From an uncultured virus (IMG/VR IMGVR_UViG_3300034107_000607) (Duplodnaviria > Heunggongvirae > Uroviricota > Caudoviricetes), in IMG/VR virus record IMGVR_UViG_3300034107_000607: DNA of 64,000 bases, one strand, 5' to 3'. Below are positions 24,340 to 34,611 of this stretch, in pieces. Made by a program: the position numbers and the translations under genes. The notes under the pieces are model-generated. The model had not been told where the DNA came from, did no database searches, and saw only the letters and a list, made by a program, of their open reading frames with translations. How positions within the stretch are numbered: the first letter of the stretch is position 1; the number at the start of each line of letters is the position of its first letter.

Positions 24340-24695
24340 TTTTGACTGTCTCCTGGGCTAACTCTATAGTTATCTTCAACTGAATCTGGTGTTGAAACCT
24401 CAATGATTGTACCTTCTTCAAGACACTCTAATTGGTGAGGTACAAGAGGTACATTTCTCCATGTAGAACCAGGTCTCAATTCTAGTGATTTCTTTTCCGC
24501 TGTTTTTGTATCTATCCAACTAACAATGAATTTACCTGTTAAGATATACCACGTTTCATCTTTTTCAGCATGAAAGTGCATTGAAAATTTTGCATCATTC
24601 TTAAAGTGTAGTAACTTTCCACAATACTTATCATTTGTTGCCCAAATTAGTTCACTTCCCCAGCCTTTTTCTATTCGCCCTTCAAGTCTTGTCAT
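24336..24695 (-). CDS. Cupin (sugar isomerase-like)
   Basis: EKGWG.ELIW, FSMHFH..KDETW, PHQL, EVST.D..ED.YR. Confidence 0.75.
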   Translation of the reverse strand: MTRLEGRIEKGWGSELIWATNDKYCGKLLHFKNDAKFSMHFHAEKDETWYILTGKFIVSWIDTKTAEKKSLELRPGSTWRNVPLVPHQLECLEEGTIIEVSTPDSVEDNYRVSPGDSQK

Positions 24696-25452
24696 GTTCT
24701 ATTTCCTCTCTTGTAGGAGCATAAACCCCTGTATGTTTTACAGTGACCGCAGCTGCATTCATTGCAAATTCGATTGATTCTTCTAGTGATTCAGATTCGA
24801 GATATCTTATAGCAAGTGCTGCCAAAAATGTATCACCTGCCCCACATACGTCATGTGTTTCTACTTTCGGTGGATAAAATACTTTATCCTTCCATGTCAC
24901 TTTTTCACCACCGTAAGTGACAATAAGATTTTCTAATCTAAAACCTTTATCAGATTTTTCATATTCATGTTGATTTATTTTGACAATAGCACCTTCGTAA
25001 TGATCCAGATAAGAATCTTTAGTATCTATGAAAATAGGGCCTTCAAAATTTTCTCTTAGAATATCATAATCTGATCTATTGAAGAAACCTTTGCCATAAT
25101 CTGAAATAACTATTGCATCATACGAATCATATTCAATATATTCATACTCGATTTCATTAAAATCAGTTTTATTGTTCTTTTCATCAACACGTAAAAGTTG
25201 CTGTTTTGACTTGATATCTATATAGCGATTCTTTGTTTCTTTGAAACTTGTGTGTATATGAACGGTCGCACCGAGTGCTTTCAAGTTCTCGTACACATTT
25301 GAAGCCATTCCATATTTCTTTGTTGAATATTTCAGATCAAAGATTGGAATTGGAGCTTCTGGACTTATCCGTTTGACTTCACCAAAGTGATATACATCAT
25401 AGCAACTGTCGCCGATCAATAAAATTTTGAATGATTTTTGTGGTGGATTCAT
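24682..25452 (-). CDS. hldA: Heptose-7-phosphate kinase (HldE/RfaE domain I-like, PfkB family)
   Basis: IGD...D, RISPEAPIPI, QQLLRVD, ISDYGKG, DVCGAGDTF. Confidence 0.8.
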   Translation of the reverse strand: MNPPQKSFKILLIGDSCYDVYHFGEVKRISPEAPIPIFDLKYSTKKYGMASNVYENLKALGATVHIHTSFKETKNRYIDIKSKQQLLRVDEKNNKTDFNEIEYEYIEYDSYDAIVISDYGKGFFNRSDYDILRENFEGPIFIDTKDSYLDHYEGAIVKINQHEYEKSDKGFRLENLIVTYGGEKVTWKDKVFYPPKVETHDVCGAGDTFLAALAIRYLESESLEESIEFAMNAAAVTVKHTGVYAPTREEIEHDKT

Positions 25453-25804
25453 TGTTCACTCTCTCATAAAATATAACTTTTCCACAGTATTCTGATCCGA
25501 TAACTTTTTTACCGACCCAATCAGAACCCTTCACCATAATGTCTGGTGAATAACCTCTGATGGTATTTATCAAGTCCTCATCGGTGCTAAATACACTCAC
25601 ACTATCGACTGGCTTGAGAGCATGCATGATAGCCTTTCGGATATGTAAAGGGTTTACAGGTCTATCAAAACCTTTTAATTCTTGTATTCGTTCATCTGAG
25701 TCTATTGCAACATGCAAGTGTTTACCGAGACTTTTGGCATAAAATAGTAGATCTAGATGTCCTGTGTGTAAAAGGTCAAATGATCCATTCACAAAAACCC
25801 GCAT
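25397..25804 (-). CDS. hldC: Heptose-1-phosphate nucleotidyltransferase (HldE/RfaE domain II-like)
   Basis: NGSFDLLHTGH, KG.DRPVN, PDIMVKGSDW, STTKII; likely start ATG 25804. Confidence 0.8.
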   Translation of the reverse strand: MRVFVNGSFDLLHTGHLDLLFYAKSLGKHLHVAIDSDERIQELKGFDRPVNPLHIRKAIMHALKPVDSVSVFSTDEDLINTIRGYSPDIMVKGSDWVGKKVIGSEYCGKVIFYERVNNESTTKIIQNFIDRRQLL

Positions 25805-26346
25805 TAAATAACCTTTAATTTGTAGTAGTGTAGAATACCATCTTGAAATGAATGAAATAGCCATGGTCTATAAAATAGAACATCATTTGGTTTCATCTTG
25901 ATAGTTGCTTCTTCTTCCCAGTGTTCTTTATTTAAATATTCTAACATCGGTTTTTCTTCATTTTCATCTTTAATGTAATCCAATAAACTCTTATAACCAT
26001 CTTTGTGAATATATGTTTTAAACTCATTCTCATCTAATGCAACAATAAAGCGCCAATCATTAAGATCTTCAAAATCTTCAAAGTGTATGATTTCGTGCAT
26101 TGTTTTTCTTAAAGTTCCAGAATTTGGTCGATCTATTTCTAAAAGATCACCAGACATTTTTCCGAGAACAATATCAATATCTTTAAAGATTAGATTAAAG
26201 TGTTCCATTTCTTGGCCGAATTTCTTTTCGGTCCAATGAACATCGTTTACTAATGGACGAAGGGATTCAATTTCACCTTTTGGGAAATAATCTCGAGCGT
26301 GTATATAGTTAATAACTGATCTATTTACAGGAAAATTATTGCTCAT
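25804..26346 (-). CDS. Possible 2OG-Fe(II) oxygenase-like protein
   Basis: IHFED...W..IVAL and W...ATI.MKPN...FYRPWLFHS pattern; likely start ATG 26346. Confidence 0.45.
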   Translation of the reverse strand: MSNNFPVNRSVINYIHARDYFPKGEIESLRPLVNDVHWTEKKFGQEMEHFNLIFKDIDIVLGKMSGDLLEIDRPNSGTLRKTMHEIIHFEDFEDLNDWRFIVALDENEFKTYIHKDGYKSLLDYIKDENEEKPMLEYLNKEHWEEEATIKMKPNDVLFYRPWLFHSFQDGILHYYKLKVI

Positions 26347-27122
26347 TTTGTGTATTCTCTCCACCATTCTTCCCAATTGATAAATGGGTCTTTCTGTTCT
26401 ATGAATTGCAAATGTAATGCAAGACTGGGTATGGGATTAAATCTAATTATATTGCCTTCAGTCCATAATTTCCAAATCGTATTTGATTCCTCAAAGTGTT
26501 CAGTGCGAGGATTTAAGTAATCTCCATTATATTTGAGAGACAATGTTTCAAATAAATCCCAATGTTCTCTAAATAGTTTTGGCTTGCAGAAAAGAACTTG
26601 GGTTGTAAATACACCTGTTCTCCAATGTCTTGCAGACCCATGAACTATAAAATCTTTTCTATTTGGTGGATTATATTCCGAAGGTTCGTCAAACGGATAT
26701 AAGACAATATCATCTCTTTTTAATCTATGAGAGAATAATTCAAAAGAATCTATCATTTCTTGTATTGCTGTTGAGCAATGTAAATAATCATCTTCTATTG
26801 AATAGACTAAATCTGCATTACTATCTCGACAAAGTTTCCATTGTTCGTGTGATGAATTATTATAACCTACACCTTCTAGTCTTATTAACTTACCTGGTAT
26901 TTTACTATTATTCAACTCGGTTTCTAACCAATTTACAGTTTCATCACTTGAATGATCATCAAGTATAGTTATAGAAACATTATCAAGTCGTTTACAACTA
27001 TTCAGTAATGATTTAACACATCCTTTGATGATATCCATTTTTGTTTTATCTACATACCGAACTCTCCAATCGGCATGAACATTTGAATGATCACAAGTTC
27101 TTAGAATAATATCTAAAGACAT
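26343..27122 (-). CDS. Glycosyltransferase, GT2-like
   Basis: ILDDHS, LVYSIEDDYLH, PIPSLALH. Confidence 0.72.
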   Translation of the reverse strand: MSLDIILRTCDHSNVHADWRVRYVDKTKMDIIKGCVKSLLNSCKRLDNVSITILDDHSSDETVNWLETELNNSKIPGKLIRLEGVGYNNSSHEQWKLCRDSNADLVYSIEDDYLHCSTAIQEMIDSFELFSHRLKRDDIVLYPFDEPSEYNPPNRKDFIVHGSARHWRTGVFTTQVLFCKPKLFREHWDLFETLSLKYNGDYLNPRTEHFEESNTIWKLWTEGNIIRFNPIPSLALHLQFIEQKDPFINWEEWWREYTK

Positions 27123-27892
27123 TATCGCCAGACTTCCATATTGGAATACTTTTGAAGAATATCAGGTGGTATAATAAATTGTCTAGGAATAAACTCTACT
27201 TTCTTGCGTACTTGATGTAAATTAATTCCAATTTCTGCATCATATTCATCCCAACTTGCTTCGACATCATCAAAGTCGTGTTCATAATAATCTTGACCGA
27301 TGAAATTGTAAATTGATTTCATCATTCTTTCAGGATTTTTACATAATTCATTGTATTCAATAAGCATTAGCATATTCTTTTCAGAACTTGTAATTGCTTG
27401 TTTAAGTCCTAGATAAGGAAAACCTACAATACCTTTTTCTTCCATGAGTAATTCTACTCTTGAATAAACAGTACCGTCAAGTCCGCCAGTAACAGTATTC
27501 ACCGTAAATGGATTTTTTCTGTGAGCAGTTTCAAATGAATCAATAATCCAATTTATATCACGAACACATACCAAAAGCTTTGATTTTGGAAACATATCTT
27601 TAATTTGTGGGGTAAGAAGAGTCCATGCCCTGTTAGTATTAAAGATTACTGGTTTGTCAATGTGTTTATAAAATCCTTCAAATAATCCTCCTATAGTATT
27701 CTTTCTTCGTTCAACTGGAACTTCGACTTTTATTCCAGGTCCATCATTTGAAGTTTCAATAATACCTTTCACCATCATTGCAAGTGGATCTGTAATTGAA
27801 GAATGGAAATTTGGATTTTGTCTAAGAATAGAACTCAAAAGGGTCGAGCCAGATCTTGGAAGGCCAGTAATAAAATGGTATTGTTTAGTCAC
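27122..27892 (-). CDS. Sulfotransferase family protein
   Basis: GLPRSGSTLL (5'-PSB loop), VRD...IIDSF, IEYNELC..P. Confidence 0.85.
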   Translation of the reverse strand: MTKQYHFITGLPRSGSTLLSSILRQNPNFHSSITDPLAMMVKGIIETSNDGPGIKVEVPVERRKNTIGGLFEGFYKHIDKPVIFNTNRAWTLLTPQIKDMFPKSKLLVCVRDINWIIDSFETAHRKNPFTVNTVTGGLDGTVYSRVELLMEEKGIVGFPYLGLKQAITSSEKNMLMLIEYNELCKNPERMMKSIYNFIGQDYYEHDFDDVEASWDEYDAEIGINLHQVRKKVEFIPRQFIIPPDILQKYSNMEVWR

Positions 27893-29219
27893 GTTTCACC
27901 TCATTCATTAATTTAATAACGTGTTTACTTATTTCGGAAAGTGGATTATCCCAATCTCTGATTTTAGTTTGTCTCATAACTTTAAAATTATCACCATACC
28001 AAGGAGATGAATTATCTTTTCTACTTGTTGTCCATATGTAATATTCAGCAATAGGAATAGCAACAAATGTAGTTTTTCCCATAGCACCTGCTGCGTGTAC
28101 TAGACTTGTGCACGAAGATACAATACAATCCATCTGATCTATGAAGTCGAGTGTATCTTCCCAGCTTTCAATTCTAGAACTTAAATCTATTACTCGCGGA
28201 TGATTCTTTTCTTCCTTGTCGATGTAATAGATTTCAGAATTTTCTGGAAGATAACTTAACATCTGTTCTATTGCAATTTTTCTATATTCATCCTGTGCAA
28301 AATATGGATTCCCAGAGCATTTAATGCCTATTTTGAATTTGTCTGATTTTATTATATTCTTTGGATTTTTCAAAGGTTTTAAATAAGTACCTTTCCAAAG
28401 ATCATCTTCAGTTAAGTCTAAAACTGATGGAATGCTCATTAATGGCACCCATGTGCATCGAGGATCTATAGAATATATATCATTTACTATTTCATAACCG
28501 TGCCTGTGGAAAAGTGAATTTGTATCTTTTCTGTATTTTCCTACAGAGTATAAAATTGGTCGCATTCCAAATTTTTTAAGATAATCAAAGAAACGTATAT
28601 TGATTATTTCATCTCCAATTCCACCTTCTCCATCAACATATATTGTTTTACCTGGGCTTATAATACCATCCCACTGTGTCATTTTTAGCTTATCAGAAAA
28701 TACACCATTACCTTTATATTTTCCAAGAAAGGCATGCATGCCTTTCTTTAATTGCCCTTCACGCAAATATTTTCCGCAAAGCATAACATCTAGATCATAT
28801 TTTCTTTGTGGAAATTTATCCATTAAATCAAATATAATTTGTTCTGCCTTTTCTTTATCTCCAAGTAAAGAAATATTAGAAGCCTTTTGACATAATGCAT
28901 CAAAATCTTCAGGTTTAATACTTAAATTGTGTTCTATATAATACAATGCTTTTTCTGGATAGTTCATCATATTATATGCTTTGTATAGATTAATTCTAGT
29001 ATTATATATTTGTTCTGGTGTATTTGCAAGTGCATATGTTGCTTCTGCACAATGTAAATATGTATCTCTCTTATCAGATTTTAAAGATACATATCCGAGC
29101 GCATCATAATCAGATATTGTTTTGGCATGAGATAGATAAAAATCAATCAGATCCCATGCCTTTTTTCGTTCATCACAATTTATTAAGTCTATTACGACGG
29201 GTTTAAGATATTCTATCAT
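27885..29219 (-). CDS. TPR protein with GT-B (GT9/heptosyltransferase-like) C-terminal domain
   Basis: TPR-like N-half; GEGGIGDEI..RF, PLMSIP, W.DT...I..MD.IVSSCTSLVHAAGAMG, SPWY. Confidence 0.7.
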   Translation of the reverse strand: MIEYLKPVVIDLINCDERKKAWDLIDFYLSHAKTISDYDALGYVSLKSDKRDTYLHCAEATYALANTPEQIYNTRINLYKAYNMMNYPEKALYYIEHNLSIKPEDFDALCQKASNISLLGDKEKAEQIIFDLMDKFPQRKYDLDVMLCGKYLREGQLKKGMHAFLGKYKGNGVFSDKLKMTQWDGIISPGKTIYVDGEGGIGDEIINIRFFDYLKKFGMRPILYSVGKYRKDTNSLFHRHGYEIVNDIYSIDPRCTWVPLMSIPSVLDLTEDDLWKGTYLKPLKNPKNIIKSDKFKIGIKCSGNPYFAQDEYRKIAIEQMLSYLPENSEIYYIDKEEKNHPRVIDLSSRIESWEDTLDFIDQMDCIVSSCTSLVHAAGAMGKTTFVAIPIAEYYIWTTSRKDNSSPWYGDNFKVMRQTKIRDWDNPLSEISKHVIKLMNEVKRD

Positions 29220-29761
29220 TCTTTATTTACAATTAATTTAATCTGAATTTCACTAACAATATTATTATGCTCATTTGCATAATCTTCAATTTCTTGTGCA
29301 GATAAATTTTGAAGTTTTAATCTTGCATTATCGTCTGGTGTGTATCTATAATCCAAAACTTCAAAATCAACTTCAAAGTATTCACCAAGCCGAGAAGAAG
29401 CATAACCTTCTTCACGACAGTGTTTATTGAATTTTTGACTGAAAAGCTGTAATCCAACTACAGTAATTGGTCTTCTGTGTGTTGGATCTGCAAGGAATGA
29501 ATCATGTCTAGGGTGTGGAACACGAATATCTAGTATTGCACCGTGTTTACATACACGATATAGTTCTTTAAGGCAATGGAAGTAGCCATCACCAAGATGC
29601 TCTAGAATATGATGAGCAACCACTGTTTCTACCGAATTATCTTCAAGTGGAAACTTATCTTTTTCTAAATTTACGATGTAATCTGGATTTGCATTTTTAT
29701 CGTAATCAAATGTAATAAAGCCTTCGAGTTTTGTATCTCCGGCACCAATATTTAGTTTCAT
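29216..29761 (-). CDS. Class I SAM-dependent methyltransferase
   Basis: KLNIGAG, DNSVE...AHHILEH, ELYRVCK.GA, VPH...DPTH. Confidence 0.85.
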   Translation of the reverse strand: MKLNIGAGDTKLEGFITFDYDKNANPDYIVNLEKDKFPLEDNSVETVVAHHILEHLGDGYFHCLKELYRVCKHGAILDIRVPHPRHDSFLADPTHRRPITVVGLQLFSQKFNKHCREEGYASSRLGEYFEVDFEVLDYRYTPDDNARLKLQNLSAQEIEDYANEHNNIVSEIQIKLIVNKE

Positions 29762-29792
29762 AATTTTTCACCTCATAGTAATAATATAGATT

Positions 29793-29800
29793 TATTTATA
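29793..29800 (-). promoter_or_regulatory. T4-type late promoter
   Basis: TATAAATA upstream of a GAGGTGA SD and the 29761 start. Confidence 0.8.
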
Positions 29801-29804
29801 TAGA

Positions 29805-31292
29805 TTAGCCGCCGCGGATTCCTGCACTATGTGTCGAGGTACCGACTGAAGTTGCGGCACTTATTTGCACCCAATCAGTAAAACCACCAACAACTGATAC
29901 AGGTGATGATGTGTTTGTTGTTGCGGTATTATCTCCCAATTCTCCAGCTGTATTAATTCCCCAAGCCCACGCGGTTCCGTTTGCTCTTAAACCTAGACTA
30001 TGTGACTGCCCTCCATCCAATTGTACCCAATCGGTAAAACCGCCGACAACTAATACTGGTGATGATTTAGCCACAACAGTATCATCACCTAATTTTCCAT
30101 CTTGACCAGAACCCCAGGCATAAGCAATTCCATTTGATTTTAGTCCTAAACTATGATTACTTCCAGCACTTACTTGTGTCCAATCAGTAAAACCACCAAC
30201 AACTGATACTGGGGATGATGTATTTGTTGTTGTACCGTCTCCTAACGAACCAGCTGAATTACCACCCCAAGCCCAAGCAGTTCCGTTTGCTTGGACACCC
30301 AAACTGTGTACCCCACCGCCACTTACTTGTATCCAATTAGTAAATCCACCTACTACTGATACAGGTGACGAACTATTTGCTGTAGTACCATCACCAATTC
30401 TTCCGAATGAATTATCACCCCAACCCCATGCGGTCCCATTTGCTCTGAGAGCTACAATATGTCTCTGCCCTGAACTTACTTGTGTCCAATTAGTGAAACC
30501 ACCTACAACTGAAACTGGTGATGATTTATCTACTGTAGTACCATCTCCAAGTTCTCCAGCAAAATTATAACCCCATGCCCATAATGTTCCATTTCCTCTT
30601 AATCCTAAACTGTGTTTAAATCCACCACTAAGTTGGGTCCAATCACTAAAACCGCCGACTACAGATACAGGAGATGATTTAGAAACTGTAGTTCCATCAC
30701 CTAGTTGCCCTGTATCATTAAGACCCCAAGCCCAAGCGGTTCCATTTGCTCTTAAAGCAACAGTATGAGAAGATAATGCTTCTACTTGAACCCAATCAAC
30801 ATAATCACCGACTACAGATACCGGAGATGATTTAGAAACTGTTGTTGCATCACCCAACTGTCCGTTAGTATTCGTACCCCAAGTCCAAAGATTATTTAAA
30901 GGTTTTGGATTTTGCAATGTTGGAAATAGTAAAACCCAAGTATCATCACTTCTATAAACATATGGTAAATTTTCATTTATAACAAAAACAACTGTACCTG
31001 GATCTACTTGTAATAAAGTTAAATCTGTTAAATCTGTTACAAAAATTGTTCTATTTTCAGTTATAAGATGAAGAGCTGCTGTTAATGTAGCAATTTCTTC
31101 CAAACTAGTAGCAGTATTAGCAGAATTTAATCTAGATAATAATTCTGTTTTTATTGTTGAAGAATCTACATCACCCAAAGATGCAGTCTTTAGGATTAAA
31201 ACTAATTCACTGGTTGTCTCGGTAGAAAGAGATAATCCACTTATTAATGTACCTAATTCTGTTACAGCATTTGTTTTAACTATTGATACCAT
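29805..31292 (-). CDS. RCC1/BLIP-II-like 7-bladed beta-propeller protein
   Basis: Seven ~51-aa repeats HSLG.RANGTAWAWG...G.LGD.T..SKSSPVSVVGG. Confidence 0.88.
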   Translation of the reverse strand: MVSIVKTNAVTELGTLISGLSLSTETTSELVLILKTASLGDVDSSTIKTELLSRLNSANTATSLEEIATLTAALHLITENRTIFVTDLTDLTLLQVDPGTVVFVINENLPYVYRSDDTWVLLFPTLQNPKPLNNLWTWGTNTNGQLGDATTVSKSSPVSVVGDYVDWVQVEALSSHTVALRANGTAWAWGLNDTGQLGDGTTVSKSSPVSVVGGFSDWTQLSGGFKHSLGLRGNGTLWAWGYNFAGELGDGTTVDKSSPVSVVGGFTNWTQVSSGQRHIVALRANGTAWGWGDNSFGRIGDGTTANSSSPVSVVGGFTNWIQVSGGGVHSLGVQANGTAWAWGGNSAGSLGDGTTTNTSSPVSVVGGFTDWTQVSAGSNHSLGLKSNGIAYAWGSGQDGKLGDDTVVAKSSPVLVVGGFTDWVQLDGGQSHSLGLRANGTAWAWGINTAGELGDNTATTNTSSPVSVVGGFTDWVQISAATSVGTSTHSAGIRGG

Positions 31293-31297
31293 TATAC

Positions 31298-31936
31298 TTA
31301 AGCCAATTTGTTAATAAAATCTAAATTTAAAAGTTCTTCAGTAGTTAAGCAAGAATCAATTTGCTCATTTAATGACTTTTCCCAATTAAATGTATCTTGA
31401 ATATAATCTGCACATGCTTTAGCTATAATACTTAATTCTTCTTTAGATATAGTTAACCAACCTTCGGAAAATTTCCAATTTATTACTTCACCATCATTCA
31501 TAGTTAAAAACTTTTGTATGTATACATTTCTTCTTTCTCGGGAGGTATCAATGGTTATTTCAAGATTTTGTAAAGTCAATTTAGTATTTGAAATTTCTTT
31601 TTTGTATCTTTCAGATGCCAATACCGATCTAAAATTATCTTTTGCAACTTCAATAGAAATATCTTTTACTTCATAATTTGCAATTATAATATCATTAGAA
31701 AAATCCCAAATTGGGCCATAATAATAATGAATCATAGTATTTAATTCTGGTCTATTTTCGACAACTCTATGAATTTTAGTATCATTGTCAATTACATATG
31801 GCAATATTTCTGGTTCAATGCCAGGTATATTTGCATCTATTTTATGACGAATTTTAAGAGCTGATGTAAAATACTTTTGGGACCAAGCCATTGGTCCTAC
31901 AACTACTCTATTTTTGTGTACTATTCCATATGACAT
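31298..31936 (-). CDS. DUF4376-like tail-associated protein
   Basis: A.ERY.KE, IDT.R, NWKF..GW, ..IQ..F.WE. Confidence 0.6.
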   Translation of the reverse strand: MSYGIVHKNRVVVGPMAWSQKYFTSALKIRHKIDANIPGIEPEILPYVIDNDTKIHRVVENRPELNTMIHYYYGPIWDFSNDIIIANYEVKDISIEVAKDNFRSVLASERYKKEISNTKLTLQNLEITIDTSRERRNVYIQKFLTMNDGEVINWKFSEGWLTISKEELSIIAKACADYIQDTFNWEKSLNEQIDSCLTTEELLNLDFINKLA

Positions 31937-31953
31937 ATTACTTAATCCTTATA

Positions 31954-33288
31954 TTATAATGTTCTTATACCGACACTAAATGCACCACCAGCATTTAGTT
32001 GAACCCAATCATTAAAATTGCCAAATCCACCAATGACAGATGCTGGTGATAATCTACTAGTAACAGTACCATCACCTAAGCGGCCACTACCATTTCCACC
32101 CCAGCCCCATGCTGTACCATTTAATCTTAATCCTACACTATGTATATTAGCACTTACTTGAACCCAATCTGTAAAACCACCTACAACTGACACAGGAGAT
32201 GATTTAGAAACAGTCGTTCCATCGCCAAGTCTTCCATATAGATTATAACCCCATGCCCAAGCAGTTCCATTTGCTCTTATACCGAGATTATGACGATCAC
32301 CTGCACTTACTTGAACCCAATCAGTGTACCCACCAACTACTGACACTGGAGACGATTTACCTACTGTAGTATTATCACCAAGTCTTCCATTTGTGTTCGC
32401 TCCCCACGCCCACGCAGTTCCATTTTCTCTAATTCCCAAACTATGGTAACCTCCGGCGCTTACTTGTGTCCAATCTGTAAAACCACCTACAACCGATACA
32501 GGGGAAGATTTGGATACTAAAGTGTTATCTCCAAGCTGTCCGTTACCATTATTACCCCAGGACCAGGCAGTTCCGTTTGCTCTTAAACCTACACTATGCG
32601 GGAATGAGGCTGGCCCAGCACTTACTTGAATCCAATCAACATAACCACCGACTACAGATACAGGAGATAATTTAGAAACTATTGTTTCATCACCTAATTG
32701 GCCCCTAGTATTATTACCCCAGGCCCAGGCAGTTCCGTTTGCTCTTAAACCTAGAGAAAATGCATTTCCAGCACTTACTTCTGTCCAATCTGTAAAACCA
32801 CCTACAACAGATACAGGTGATGATCTAACTGTAACAGTATTGTCACCTATTCGGCCGTTGCCGTTATATCCCCAACCCCATAAAGTACCATTAGATCTAA
32901 TTACATGATTATGACTAAATCCAGAACTCGAATAAATCCAATCTGTAAAACCACCAACTACTGAAACTGGTGATTGCTTTCCTATACCGGTATTATCGCC
33001 TAATTGTCCAGATCCATTTTCGCCAAATGAGAATAGACTTGGACTTCCTTCTACTACCTTAAGTCTATTAGGGCCAAAACTATAATATAGAGAATTTTCA
33101 GTTTCTACAAAATACAGATCACCATATGTATAAGAATCATCAAACATATCTGTATATAAAGTTACAGTTTTTACTTTATTTACATTTAATTTTTCTATAA
33201 TCTTAGAAAGGAATAGAAATTCTTGTTCTGTTGTAGAATTAGTAATTTTATCTACTATAATTTCAATAATATTTAATATTGCTGTCAT
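31954..33288 (-). CDS. RCC1/BLIP-II-like 7-bladed beta-propeller protein
   Basis: Seven RCC1-type repeats. Confidence 0.88.
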   Translation of the reverse strand: MTAILNIIEIIVDKITNSTTEQEFLFLSKIIEKLNVNKVKTVTLYTDMFDDSYTYGDLYFVETENSLYYSFGPNRLKVVEGSPSLFSFGENGSGQLGDNTGIGKQSPVSVVGGFTDWIYSSSGFSHNHVIRSNGTLWGWGYNGNGRIGDNTVTVRSSPVSVVGGFTDWTEVSAGNAFSLGLRANGTAWAWGNNTRGQLGDETIVSKLSPVSVVGGYVDWIQVSAGPASFPHSVGLRANGTAWSWGNNGNGQLGDNTLVSKSSPVSVVGGFTDWTQVSAGGYHSLGIRENGTAWAWGANTNGRLGDNTTVGKSSPVSVVGGYTDWVQVSAGDRHNLGIRANGTAWAWGYNLYGRLGDGTTVSKSSPVSVVGGFTDWVQVSANIHSVGLRLNGTAWGWGGNGSGRLGDGTVTSRLSPASVIGGFGNFNDWVQLNAGGAFSVGIRTL

Positions 33289-34610
33289 GCTTTAATTCCT
33301 AACATATGGGCAACATTTGTGCTTATTTGAACCCAATTGAGGGATCCCACTATAGATACTGGAGACAATTTACCTACTGCCGTGTTGTCACCTAAAATAG
33401 CAGCACCCCAAGCCCAAGCAGTTCCATTAGCTCGAAGACCGACACTATTAGAGGTCCCGGCATTTACTTGAACCCAATCTGTAAAACCACCAACTACAGA
33501 TACTGGTGATGTTCTAGATGAAACCGTACCATCACCTAATTGACCGTTAGTATTATAACCCCATGCCCAAGCAGTTCCATTAGCTCGAAGACCGACACTA
33601 TGCCCGCTGCTCAAGCCGCCCGCACTTACTTGAATCCAATCCGTAAAACCACCTACCACTGAAACTGGAGACAATTTAGAAACTATTGTTCCATCACCAA
33701 GTCTGCCATTTGTGCTCGGCCCCCATGCCCAAGCAGTTCCATTTGCTCTTAAGCCAAGACTATGTGTGGCACCAGCACTTACTTGAATCCAATCTGTAAA
33801 GCCACCTACCACCAAAACTGGAGACGATTTGGATACTGTGGTATTGTCCCCCAAAATACCACTTGCACCAGAACCCCAAGCCCATGCGGTTCCATTTGCT
33901 CTTACACCGAGACTATGAATGGCGCCAGCACTTACTTGCACCCAATCTATAAAACCACCTGCAACCGATACAGGAGCCGATTTTGCTACTGCAGTGTTGT
34001 CACCAAGTCTTCCGTTTGTACCAGCGCCCCATGCCCACGCAGTCCCATTTGCTCTTAAGCCAAGACTATGTGTGGCACCTGCACTTACTTGAACCCAATC
34101 AGTGTACCCACCTGCAACCGATACAGGAGATGATTTAGAAACAGTTGTTCCATCACCTAGTTTTCCCGAGGTGGCGGCACCCCACGCCCATGCAGTCCCA
34201 TTTGCACGAATACCAAAACTATGTTGAGAGCCAGCATTTAGTTGAACCCAATCTGTAAAACCACCTATTACAGAAACAGGTGATGATTTAGCAACAGTAG
34301 TACCATCGCCAAGTCTACCATAGACAGCGGTGCCCCATGCATATCCATTGGCATCTGGAAATCTAAGTATATTATTAATGTCCCAAGTAATACCATTGCT
34401 ATATACATATTTACTTTCAGAAGTGATGTATACAAATCTACCTTTATTATTGGCAGCAGGCGGTAAATTTAAAGTTGCAGTAACAACTCCTATACCACTT
34501 TTTTCTATTGATTCTATTGCACCAAAAACTTGTGCTAATTCAAGACTAGTCAATCCACCAGTTGCTATAGCAGAATTTAATTTTGTAATGAGACTATTTA
34601 CAGGTATCAT
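33285..34610 (-). CDS. RCC1/BLIP-II-like 7-bladed beta-propeller protein
   Basis: Seven RCC1-type repeats. Confidence 0.88.
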   Translation of the reverse strand: MIPVNSLITKLNSAIATGGLTSLELAQVFGAIESIEKSGIGVVTATLNLPPAANNKGRFVYITSESKYVYSNGITWDINNILRFPDANGYAWGTAVYGRLGDGTTVAKSSPVSVIGGFTDWVQLNAGSQHSFGIRANGTAWAWGAATSGKLGDGTTVSKSSPVSVAGGYTDWVQVSAGATHSLGLRANGTAWAWGAGTNGRLGDNTAVAKSAPVSVAGGFIDWVQVSAGAIHSLGVRANGTAWAWGSGASGILGDNTTVSKSSPVLVVGGFTDWIQVSAGATHSLGLRANGTAWAWGPSTNGRLGDGTIVSKLSPVSVVGGFTDWIQVSAGGLSSGHSVGLRANGTAWAWGYNTNGQLGDGTVSSRTSPVSVVGGFTDWVQVNAGTSNSVGLRANGTAWAWGAAILGDNTAVGKLSPVSIVGSLNWVQISTNVAHMLGIKA

Positions 34611-34611
34611 A

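Noticed and set aside
29805..34610. Diversity-generating retroelement acting on the RCC1 repeats
   Set aside because: No reverse transcriptase or non-coding template repeat in the window; differences are not obviously adenine-restricted
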